Below are positions 26,063 through 34,420 of a stretch of 37,040 nucleotides of DNA, one piece after another. Source of the DNA: an uncultured archaeon (lineage in GTDB: Archaea > Asgardarchaeota > Heimdallarchaeia > Heimdallarchaeales > Heimdallarchaeaceae). Numbering within the stretch: position 1 is the first letter of the stretch; every line of letters starts with the position of its first letter. Under the pieces are notes generated by a model. That model searched no databases. It was given only the letters and a program-made list of their open reading frames with translations, and had not been told where the DNA came from. The translations under genes were made by a program, and so were the position numbers. The stretch spans positions 31,159 through 68,198 of the forward strand of contig CAZJUB010000009.1 in the NCBI GenBank assembly GCA_964549075.1, written 5' to 3'.

Positions 26063-26393
26063 TGAACGATGCGAAAATACCCCTGATTCTGTTGGGAAGC
26101 CGTCAAGGACCTTCCGGGCAACATTCGTCTAAGCACTTTACCCAGTTCATGAGAACTCTACTTAAGCTTGCTCCTCGATGATTGACCGTTTCAACGTTTC
26201 CTATATTCTCCTCAGCAAGTTATCTCTAAAGATGTTACCATTTTATTCATCGCATCATTGTCTCCGAATATAGGCCGTGCCGTTTCTGTTCCAAGAGCCA
26301 TGTTCTCACATGGTGGATTTGCATCCACATCGATTTTGATGGAGTCAGGAGGTTCCTCAGCAAATGCCGATAGTTGCCATTTCGCTTCGTTCA
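26063..26393 (-). ncRNA. rnpB: RNase P RNA (archaeal)
   Basis: Minus strand: P1 UGAACGAAGCGAAA/UUUCGCAUCGUUCA; CR-I GAGGAACCUCCUGA pairs with CR-V AACAGAAUCAGGGGUA (P4 with bulged U); ACAGAAA, UGAAAC, GAGCAAG and GCUUAG..GAAUG elements in the expected order. Confidence 0.93.
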
Positions 26394-26455
26394 TGTACTG
26401 AATAGTAGCTATATAAAATAAAATTATCTGTTCTTGTTAAGAGCTGGGCAATTTT

Positions 26456-27670
26456 TTATATTACATCCATGCTCTTACCTATTTTTCCCATGGTTTCAAG
26501 AATAAAATCAACCTCTTCCTCGGTATGTGTTGCCATAACACAACAACGTAACCTTCCTGCTTCTTTAGGCACAGCAGGGAAAACTATCGGAGGAACAAAA
26601 ATTCCTTCTTTTTTCATTTTCTTAGCAAAACGGAAAGTTTTGATATCATCACCAATTATAACAGGAACTATTGGTGTATCTTTACTTCTTAAAGTATCAA
26701 ACCCTAATTCTTGGACTCCAGTAATGAAATGTGTATAGTTCTTCTGAAGTTTTCTAATAAGATCTTTATCTTTTTCAATTATATCAAATGCTTTTAGAGC
26801 TACAGCTGCACATACCGGTGGTAGAGCTGCACTAAATACAAAAGCATTAGACGTAAACTTAAGATAGGAAATTACTTCTTTTCTTGCAGCTATATATCCT
26901 CCTATAGATGGTATCGCTTTACTTAAAGTTCCCATGAATATATCTACTGAACCGGGTGCAAGATTAAAATAATCATCAACTCCTCTTCCATTAGGACCTA
27001 TCGTACCTAATGCATGAGCTTCATCGACCATTGTAAAAGAATCATATTTTTTAGCAGTTTCTATGATTTCTGGCATAGAAGCAATATCTCCATCCATACT
27101 ATATACGCCATCAACAATAACTAGAACTCGTTTATAATTAGGACGATGCTCTTTCAATAATCGTTCTAAATCATTCATGTCGTTATGATTAAATCTCTTC
27201 CATTCAGCTTTGGATAAGATACAGCCATCATATATGCTCTGGTGATCATATTTATCGATTAAAATCAAATCTTCTTTACCAAAAAGTGAAGATATTAATG
27301 TCATATTTGTGACATAACCACTACTGTAAACTACAGCACCTTCTGTATTCTTAAATTCTGCAATTCGATTTTCTAAATCTTCATGAATATCAGCGGTACC
27401 TGTCAGCAATCTCACTCCTCCAGCTCCACTCCCATACTTATCTATTGCTTCATGTGCAGCAGCAATTATCTCAGGATGAGTTATTAAACCTAGGTAACTA
27501 TAGGAACCTAACATCAGAAGTTCTTGATTATCTACCATAACCTTATGGGAAGCTGAACCTTGTATAGGTAGCATATAAGTCATCAATCCAAATCTATGAA
27601 GTTTCTTCTCTCTCTCCAACAAATCCTTAATTTTTCTGTTATCTATGATTTCTGTAATCTGTCTCACCAC
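26456..27670 (-). CDS. Alpha-oxoamine synthase family PLP enzyme (serine palmitoyltransferase-like / BioF / Kbl family)
   Basis: LGSYSYLGL, GVRLLTGT, DHQSIYDG, DGVYSMDGD, DEAHALG, GTLSKAI (PLP lysine). Confidence 0.9.
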   Translation of the reverse strand: MVRQITEIIDNRKIKDLLEREKKLHRFGLMTYMLPIQGSASHKVMVDNQELLMLGSYSYLGLITHPEIIAAAHEAIDKYGSGAGGVRLLTGTADIHEDLENRIAEFKNTEGAVVYSSGYVTNMTLISSLFGKEDLILIDKYDHQSIYDGCILSKAEWKRFNHNDMNDLERLLKEHRPNYKRVLVIVDGVYSMDGDIASMPEIIETAKKYDSFTMVDEAHALGTIGPNGRGVDDYFNLAPGSVDIFMGTLSKAIPSIGGYIAARKEVISYLKFTSNAFVFSAALPPVCAAVALKAFDIIEKDKDLIRKLQKNYTHFITGVQELGFDTLRSKDTPIVPVIIGDDIKTFRFAKKMKKEGIFVPPIVFPAVPKEAGRLRCCVMATHTEEEVDFILETMGKIGKSMDVI

Positions 27671-27817
27671 TTACTGATTATGAAACGATATTCGTTATAC
27701 CAAATAATATCTTATTAATAAAACTTCACATCAAAATACGAGAAAAATCTAAAAAGTGCTCTTTTATATATTTGTGGGGTTTAAATAGGTTCATTCCACA
27801 GAGATTACTGAAAGTAA

Positions 27818-28183
27818 ATGACAAGATTTTGGGGTGACAATGAAGAAGCTCGAACTATAGCTAAAAAAACAATAGAGACTCACCTACAAACAATTACTCG
27901 CCGACAAGAATATGTCAATATCCAAGATCTTTTCAAATTGCTATGGAACGATTATCATCTTTTTGATCATTATCTCAGACTAGTTCTTAGATTAGAAGAA
28001 CTAGAAAGTGAAGCAAAAATAACTATTGATCCACAAAAAAATCTTAGACCTGTGAAAATGACTGTTTTAGAAACTTCTGGATTGAAGGAAATAGAAGTGT
28101 GGGATTTTTACAAAAAAAAGGAACAAGTTGATTTTAACAAGAAAATTATTGAAAGATATAAAAAAATCAATCCTATTGTTTAA
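27818..28183 (+). CDS. Hypothetical protein (121 aa)
   Basis: Clean ORF filling the gap between the AOS gene and a tRNA; no motif recognised. Confidence 0.7.
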   Translation: MTRFWGDNEEARTIAKKTIETHLQTITRRQEYVNIQDLFKLLWNDYHLFDHYLRLVLRLEELESEAKITIDPQKNLRPVKMTVLETSGLKEIEVWDFYKKKEQVDFNKKIIERYKKINPIV

Positions 28184-28256
28184 TTCTGTTTATTATTTTA
28201 ATCGAAAAATATAAAGAGGGAGAAGTTTAGATGAAAACAAGTTCCTGAATTTTCAC

Positions 28257-28332
28257 GACCAAGTAGTTCAGTGGATAGAATGGCTGCCTGCGGAGCAGTT
28301 GGTCGCCGGTTCAAATCCGGCCTTGGTCGCCA
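28257..28332 (+). tRNA. tRNA-Arg(GCG), CCA encoded
   Basis: Acceptor stem GACCAAG/CTTGGTC, anticodon arm GCTGC-CTGCGGA-GCAGT, T arm GCCGG-TTCAAAT-CCGGC. Confidence 0.97.
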
Positions 28333-28371
28333 ATATCCTTTCTTTGTATCTATTAGAACTGAAATCTTCAC

Positions 28372-29022
28372 CTAAAGCTCCGAATGTTTAGATTCATAAA
28401 ATGGACTGTTCTTTTTCAAAGGTATTTGCGAGAAAGCTTCTGCATATTCTGTTGATGCTTGTGTTCCTCTCATTTTTGTTCTATATTTATGAAAATTAAC
28501 ATAGAAATTCTCTCCACCTTTGTACAGTTGTGATTTGTAACATTTAATTGCTGATTCTTTAATATCATAATACTCAGAGATATCTACAAGAATTTGAGGA
28601 TTTGGAATTAGAATGGTTGTTTCTGTAACGTAGAGTTTAGAAACTAAATGTGGATTATCATACTGTGTTTCATGAGCTGCCCATTCAATAGCTTCTCTTA
28701 CAATTCTATAACAAGTTCTATGGTCAATATGATAGTCATCTTCTAAGTGTGTAATGATTATCTCAGGTCGAAACTCCAAAAGGAAAGATATGAAATCTTT
28801 TGTTATTTCTCTCTCAAAATCAATAACATTCTCATAATCATAAATCCTAGTTTCTTCACAACCTAACTCTTTTATTGCCTCAAAATACTCTTTTTTCCTT
28901 TCTGGAGAAGAAGAAAAACATACTGAACACACCTTGTGATCTGTTCTGGAATATTTGGCTATCGTACCACCAGAACTCAGTGATTCATCATCGGGATGAG
29001 CAAATACAAAAGCGATTTTCAC
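28372..29022 (-). CDS. PIG-L/LmbE family deacetylase, BshB-like
   Basis: AHPDDE, FRPEIIITH...HIDH, VDIS...K..AIKCYKSQ, RGTQASTEYAEAF (BshB1-like RG..(G)..YAEAF ending). Confidence 0.82.
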   Translation of the reverse strand: MKIAFVFAHPDDESLSSGGTIAKYSRTDHKVCSVCFSSSPERKKEYFEAIKELGCEETRIYDYENVIDFEREITKDFISFLLEFRPEIIITHLEDDYHIDHRTCYRIVREAIEWAAHETQYDNPHLVSKLYVTETTILIPNPQILVDISEYYDIKESAIKCYKSQLYKGGENFYVNFHKYRTKMRGTQASTEYAEAFSQIPLKKNSPFYESKHSEL

Positions 29023-29073
29023 AGCAACATGATTGGTAAGAAGATATAAAAATACTTCCTCTGTTCGTAGAAT

Positions 29074-30009
29074 CTATTTCTTTAGGTATTCAACAGCATA
29101 GTTACCTGCTTTGTATCCGTCACCCATTAAAATAGGCGCATAATCAAGTTCCCCTCTGATTGTACCTGCAGCAAAAATACCTTTAACATTAGTTTCATTG
29201 GATTTGCTTGTTTGAACATAACCATCCTCATTAATATTCAAGTCTATATTTTTCAAGTAGCTTAAATCTGGTTTATCCTTTAATTCTATAAAAATAACAT
29301 CAGTTGAAATTTCTTTTTCTTCTCCTTCCTTTGTAAACTTTACTCCTTGTACAACATTTGTTCCAACAATTTCAACAGAATCTAAATCTATATTATAATT
29401 GGATTGTATTGTTGGTGTTGCTTCTATCTTTTTCAAGAATCTTTTATCGCAACCTAGTTCAGCATCAGGGCATATTATGGTTATTTTACGACAATACTTT
29501 CGCAAAAATAGTGCTCCTCTAGCGATAAAATTACCAGTACCAATTATTATAGCTTTTCTCCCTCTGAAGAGTGCCCCATCACACACAGCACAATGAGATA
29601 CTCCTTTATGAGTAAAGCTCTCTTCACCTTTAATTGTGTTTTTCAACTCAGGTAAACCAGTAGTTAAAATGACAGTTTTTGCGACATACTTAGCTTCTTC
29701 TATGGTGATCTCAAAGCCAGAATCAATTTTATTTATGTTTTTAACGTTTTCATTAATGGTACTTATTGATGAAGATTCAGTGTTCAAATTATCTAATTGT
29801 TCAGTTATTTTTTGGATTAAATCTACACCAACAATTTTATCAAAACCCGGTATATTCTCGATTTCACCTTTCTTTGCTGTATTAGAATCGAATGATATTC
29901 CAAAGAGATTTATTTTTAAATCAGGATCTTTTGAAAAAGCTGCAATTGCTGCTGACATTCCAGTTAAACCAGGTCCTATGATTGCTATGTCACAAGTGTC
30001 TTCATCCAT
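29074..30009 (-). CDS. Thioredoxin-reductase-like flavoprotein, divergent (probable start ATG 30009; track start 30117)
   Basis: IIGPGLTGMSAA, IENIPGF, GEESFTHKGVSHCAVCDG (CxxC), TNVKGIFAAG; the NADPH-binding motifs are altered. Confidence 0.85.
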   Translation of the reverse strand: MDEDTCDIAIIGPGLTGMSAAIAAFSKDPDLKINLFGISFDSNTAKKGEIENIPGFDKIVGVDLIQKITEQLDNLNTESSSISTINENVKNINKIDSGFEITIEEAKYVAKTVILTTGLPELKNTIKGEESFTHKGVSHCAVCDGALFRGRKAIIIGTGNFIARGALFLRKYCRKITIICPDAELGCDKRFLKKIEATPTIQSNYNIDLDSVEIVGTNVVQGVKFTKEGEEKEISTDVIFIELKDKPDLSYLKNIDLNINEDGYVQTSKSNETNVKGIFAAGTIRGELDYAPILMGDGYKAGNYAVEYLKK

Positions 30010-30142
30010 ATTTTTAAAACAAAATCTAAATACAAAAACTTTGTTGAAAAGGAAATGAAACAAAGACGTGAGACAAAAATAAAAAGAAAATATGCTAGTA
30101 ATTAACAACAAATACAAGATAGAAGGAAAAAAGGGGGCTTAG

Positions 30143-30361
30143 TTAATTGTCATCTACTAAGAAATAGAAGACAGAACGCATATCATTTAAGTTGCTCCTT
30201 TTGACGATTAAACCTAATTCAATCAATCTTCTCAAAGCATATCTTGCAGTTCTTGCAGGAATTGCTGATGCTTTAATCAATTGTTTTTGGGTTAATGGTC
30301 CCTTTTTTTCCAAGATTGTTAGTAGTTTCTTGCCTGAAACTGGTATTTCTTCATCTGCCAT
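30143..30361 (-). CDS. Small winged-helix DNA-binding protein
   Basis: SGKKLLTILEKKGPLTQKQL...RTARYALRRLIELGLI...DMRSVFY. Confidence 0.88.
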   Translation of the reverse strand: MADEEIPVSGKKLLTILEKKGPLTQKQLIKASAIPARTARYALRRLIELGLIVKRSNLNDMRSVFYFLVDDN

Positions 30362-30427
30362 TGTGGTTATTCCCCTTGCTTCGTAAGTAATACGAATAAG
30401 CTTCTTTTATAAAAGCAATCTCAGTAT

Positions 30428-30472
30428 TTTATCCGCAATTACCTTATAATTTCTAGAAGGTTTATCCGCAAT
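30428..30472. promoter_or_regulatory. Pair of 12-bp direct repeats TTTATCCGCAAT, putative operator
   Basis: Exact copies at 30428-30439 and 30461-30472 (33-bp period) in the divergent intergenic region upstream of the small wHTH gene. Confidence 0.45.
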
Positions 30473-30693
30473 AGTAAGTTTAATGCATTCTTTTTAATGT
30501 TCGATATTTTTCTCATAATATCTTACTAATACAACCTTGCTCCATTCCTTACTATTTTAATACTTAACCTTTTAAGTATATAAACACCCAATTTTCTTTC
30601 TTATAAATTCATGTAACACTTAAGGAAACTAGTCAGAACCACAACAAAGCTTATATTAGATTATTCGTCTAATGTATTTCTTAGTGAGAAACT

Positions 30694-31152
30694 GTGAGTC
30701 ACAAAGTTGAAAGCTCCCCAGAAATATACCATTTGGCTAATCAACTACAGCGAATCAACTATTTGGGGAATGTTCAAACTATTCAAATTGAGTTTGAATT
30801 TATTTCTGAAGATAAGAAAGCTGAACTTGAACGAAATTTCACAGATTCAACTGCCCTCGGTCAGTATAAATCTGATATGATCATTCTAGAACAGATTTCT
30901 GGACGGGATATGCTAGAGATTATTAACACACTTCACAATATCAGTCTAATCTTCGGAGATCTTTCTGCTATAGATGGGATTACTGCTCTTGTTGAAATTA
31001 GCTATAAAGGAGAAACATTCTTTGTTGTTGTATCTTATAATCCAACAACAAGTGGTTTAGAATTGATTTCCACATCAGAAAGTCAGCTATATTTTGAGTT
31101 ATTAAACTTCATAAGGACAAAATGGGCTCTTTCCAAAACATTTCTAAAATAA
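30694..31152 (+). CDS. Hypothetical protein (152 aa)
   Basis: GTG start; globular composition; no motif recognised. Confidence 0.75.
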   Translation: MSHKVESSPEIYHLANQLQRINYLGNVQTIQIEFEFISEDKKAELERNFTDSTALGQYKSDMIILEQISGRDMLEIINTLHNISLIFGDLSAIDGITALVEISYKGETFFVVVSYNPTTSGLELISTSESQLYFELLNFIRTKWALSKTFLK

Positions 31153-31160
31153 TTCTCTTT

Positions 31161-32258
31161 TTAAAATTTTATTATTTCTTCATTTAAGACCTTTATTAAT
31201 AATCTTAGTTTTGAATAAATATCAGAAGAATCTAAAGTACATTTTTGTGTTTCAATCTTGTCACTAATATCGTAGAGAATATATGATGCAATATGGAAAT
31301 TTATCGTTAAACCTTCAGGATATAAATCCTCTAGGTCAAAATTTGCTCCTAATTTTCTAAGTGCAAAATTATATCCATTCAGAAATGCAAAAATATCTTT
31401 CTTTGTATCATCTATATTTCCATATTTCTCAAACTCTTTCATACATGGTTTTGCAAAAAATGTGCCAATATCTTCAGATCTATCTCTTCCTGGCATTATA
31501 AATTCAGGGTCAATTATATAGACTTTAATTTTAGGAGGAAATTCTTCAATTACATCCTGCGACATGGTTGTAACATCGGAAGAAAATAGGAGATTTCCTT
31601 GATGAAAATCTCCATGTATCATTGTCGCTCCTAATGATTTCTCTAATGAAACAAACGATGGAAGCATTAGCTCCAAAATCTCCTCTTGTATTGAAGAATC
31701 TCCCAGTATTGAAAGTAAATAGAGTATAAGTTTCTTGTAAGGTTCTGTCACAAATTTCCCAGTATCTGTTCCATGAATAGCTGCAAGAGTTTGGCCTGCT
31801 AATTTGTGTTTGTAGTCCTTATCAAGTTTTGTTTCTCTAAAACTCTTACCAGTCACTCCTTCATAGATGATACTCCTATTTTGTTCGCTTTTGTAGAGTA
31901 TCTTTGGGATATAAATACCTGGAAATCTCTCAGGAACCATTGAGATAATCTCATAATTTTTTATCTCTTTGTTAAATCTAAGATCATCAGCAGAAAATTT
32001 GACGACAAGGTTTATTGAGTGTACTCCGATATCTGTATTAAGATAATATGTGACAAAATGTACTTTAGATTTTGATGTTCCTTTTTCTACTGAGTTGACA
32101 TCCTTGATAGAAATAACTGAAGGCATTTCTCCTGTATTTTCAAAAATTTGTGTTTTGAAAACTTTCTCTAAACTATCACCTATCGTAGTTAAAATTGTTT
32201 TTAGTTTTTGTTTTTTTCTTATCGCATCAGAAGATGGATTTTGTCCTTCAATACTCAA
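31161..32258 (-). CDS. APH/choline-kinase-like phosphotransferase (protein-kinase-like fold)
   Basis: VVKF...E..NY, LAAIH, IHGDFHQGNLLF, IIDPEF. Confidence 0.85.
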   Translation of the reverse strand: MSIEGQNPSSDAIRKKQKLKTILTTIGDSLEKVFKTQIFENTGEMPSVISIKDVNSVEKGTSKSKVHFVTYYLNTDIGVHSINLVVKFSADDLRFNKEIKNYEIISMVPERFPGIYIPKILYKSEQNRSIIYEGVTGKSFRETKLDKDYKHKLAGQTLAAIHGTDTGKFVTEPYKKLILYLLSILGDSSIQEEILELMLPSFVSLEKSLGATMIHGDFHQGNLLFSSDVTTMSQDVIEEFPPKIKVYIIDPEFIMPGRDRSEDIGTFFAKPCMKEFEKYGNIDDTKKDIFAFLNGYNFALRKLGANFDLEDLYPEGLTINFHIASYILYDISDKIETQKCTLDSSDIYSKLRLLIKVLNEEIIKF

Positions 32259-32318
32259 TTTAATACAATTTCCTATATAAAATTACAAAAACCTACTCAA
32301 AAACTTAACTCTATTTTT

Positions 32319-32702
32319 TTAAATCAAAAGATTAAGTGGATTGACCATTCCTATAATTTTATCTCCGTCTACTACAATCAAATGATTGATTTTTTGTTCT
32401 CTCATTTTTAATAGAGCTGATGAAATGGTGTCCTCAGCATTTATTGTAATAACTGGTGTCTGCATGACATCTTTTACTTTAACTTTTTTCAGTTCTTTAT
32501 TTTCTACTAAAATCTTGATAATATCTTTACTTGTTATGATACCAACTGCCACTCCGTTATCAACCACAAGTAATGAACCTACGTCAAAATCATTCATTAT
32601 TGTAATTGCATCTAAGAGATTCTTTGATGACTTAATTGAGAGTGTTCCTTTAGTCATCACACTTGATACTGGATCATCTGTTTCATATGTTTTTAAGGTC
32701 AT
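32319..32702 (-). CDS. Stand-alone CBS-pair protein
   Basis: VSSVMT...VGSLLVVD...VGIITSKDI...VKDVMQTPVITI...HLIVVD..IIGMV. Confidence 0.92.
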   Translation of the reverse strand: MTLKTYETDDPVSSVMTKGTLSIKSSKNLLDAITIMNDFDVGSLLVVDNGVAVGIITSKDIIKILVENKELKKVKVKDVMQTPVITINAEDTISSALLKMREQKINHLIVVDGDKIIGMVNPLNLLI

Positions 32703-32803
32703 TATTATACTCTAGATTTGATATAAGTTAAAGATTTCTACTATTTGCAATCAACTGAACACAAGCGATAAAGATAATTAGCTATACTATCTTACTGTTC
32801 TTA

Positions 32804-34357
32804 ATGGCTAATCCTATTAGAATTATTCATTTCAGTGATACCCATATAACTCCGAGACAACAGTTTATTAGACCGAGTTTTGATAATGCCTTAAAAGTAA
32901 TTAATTCCACATCTCACGATTTTTCTATTTTTACAGGAGATTTAACACAAGATGGATTAATTGAAGAATATGTTTTAGCTGATGAATTAAGACGAAAAGT
33001 AAACTCTCCTAAAATTTATTGGATTATTGGGAATCATGATAGTAGAAGTGGAGGATTTGAAGTATGGGAGAAAAAGGTGGGTCCTAGAGAATTTCACGAT
33101 TTTTCGGATAATGTGCTTTTTATAGGGTTAGATTCCTGCATCCCTGATCGAGATGGGGGAAGATTTGGAAGAGAAGCGTTAGACTATACCAAAAAATTAC
33201 TTATGAAATTTAGTGATGCAAAAATAAAAATTGTAGCATTTCATCATCATATTTTACCAATTCCTAAAACTGGAAGAGAAAGATCCAACGCAATTGATGC
33301 TGGAGATATGCTTTCTGTACTATTAGATCACAGTGTGGATGCTGTTTTCACCGGACATAAGCACCACCCAAATGTATACAAAGTAGAAGACACTATCATT
33401 GTATCTGCTGGGAGTGTATCCAGTTTTAAAACACGTAGTGGCGGTTCTCGTTCCTTGAATTATGTTGAAATCACTCCTGAAAAAGAAGTGAAAACAAAAA
33501 TAATGAAGACATCTGGAGAGCCAATAAAAGAAGATGACAAGACTATCACTAGAAGATTTAGAATGGTTAGTACTGATGGAGGAAAATGGTTAAGATTAGC
33601 TCAAATCGCAGGAACAGACTTCGGTACTTCTTTTGAAGGACATTCGAAACTTTATGAAAAAGGAATGGAGTTAATTAATAATACCAATCCAGATTTAATA
33701 TTACATTGTGGAGATCTTACAGTAAAAGGAAGATCATCTGATTATGAAATAGCAGTAGAAAACATCTCTGATTACTCTGATAAATTTGTTTTCTGTCCAG
33801 GACCTAGTGATTTGAAAGGTTATGGTGAAACTCTGTTAAATAAATACTTTGACACTGAAAATGTGTTTGAGAAAAATGATTCCTGTTTTTATATACTTAA
33901 TACTTCAGTTCCAGAAACTGAAGTAGGTGTAGTAGGAAGAACTGTTCAAAACAGATTGGAAAGGTATGTTTATCATACACGTTTAGCAAAACTAGATAAA
34001 TTTCATACTGTGGTTATGCATCATCATCTCATCCCAATTCCTGGAACAAGAGAAACTTCAGCTTTAGAAGATGCTGGAGATGTTCTAAGATTGTTGACTG
34101 ACACAGGAGTAAATTTAGTTCTTTCTGGACACCTTGGTAGAGCTTTTTGTACTAGAGTAGAGAAAACAGCTTTTGTTAACTGCAATACTCTCGCTTCTCA
34201 AAATACTTCTTCTTTTGAAAATAGCTTTAATTTAATAGATATCTCAACAGATGGAGCTATAGTTGTTTCTGAAATTAATGTTCCCTCAGGATTCAGGCGA
34301 ATATTAGGTATATTTCCCGGTATTCTTCCCGACAAAAACAATACAATTGTTACTTAA
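32804..34357 (+). CDS. Tandem Icc/CpdA-like metallophosphoesterase; second domain degenerate
   Basis: Domain 1: SDTH, TGDLT, GNHD, HHH, GHKH. Domain 2: AGTD, CGDLT, GPSD, HHH, GHLG. Confidence 0.88.
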   Translation: MANPIRIIHFSDTHITPRQQFIRPSFDNALKVINSTSHDFSIFTGDLTQDGLIEEYVLADELRRKVNSPKIYWIIGNHDSRSGGFEVWEKKVGPREFHDFSDNVLFIGLDSCIPDRDGGRFGREALDYTKKLLMKFSDAKIKIVAFHHHILPIPKTGRERSNAIDAGDMLSVLLDHSVDAVFTGHKHHPNVYKVEDTIIVSAGSVSSFKTRSGGSRSLNYVEITPEKEVKTKIMKTSGEPIKEDDKTITRRFRMVSTDGGKWLRLAQIAGTDFGTSFEGHSKLYEKGMELINNTNPDLILHCGDLTVKGRSSDYEIAVENISDYSDKFVFCPGPSDLKGYGETLLNKYFDTENVFEKNDSCFYILNTSVPETEVGVVGRTVQNRLERYVYHTRLAKLDKFHTVVMHHHLIPIPGTRETSALEDAGDVLRLLTDTGVNLVLSGHLGRAFCTRVEKTAFVNCNTLASQNTSSFENSFNLIDISTDGAIVVSEINVPSGFRRILGIFPGILPDKNNTIVT

Positions 34358-34420
34358 GTTTTTAAAATTCATCAGCCTTTGTCGAAGGATTTTTTAAAGT
34401 AAGATGAATGTACAAAATTA

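Noticed and set aside
26212-26394. 60-aa ORF in the track
   Set aside because: It lies within the RNase P RNA gene and has no protein features.
6071-28332. tRNA genes as integration sites of an island or provirus
   Set aside because: No integrase, no duplicated tRNA 3' ends noticed, and the flanking genes are housekeeping-type.
30010-30117. Hydrophobic N-terminal extension on the TrxR-like protein as a membrane anchor
   Set aside because: It is the translation of T-rich intergenic or terminator sequence; the FAD-binding fold begins right after Met at 30009.
30428-30472. TTATCCGCA as DnaA boxes or a replication origin
   Set aside because: One mismatch to TTATCCACA, but only two copies, archaeal context, and no dnaA, cdc6 or ORB elements nearby.
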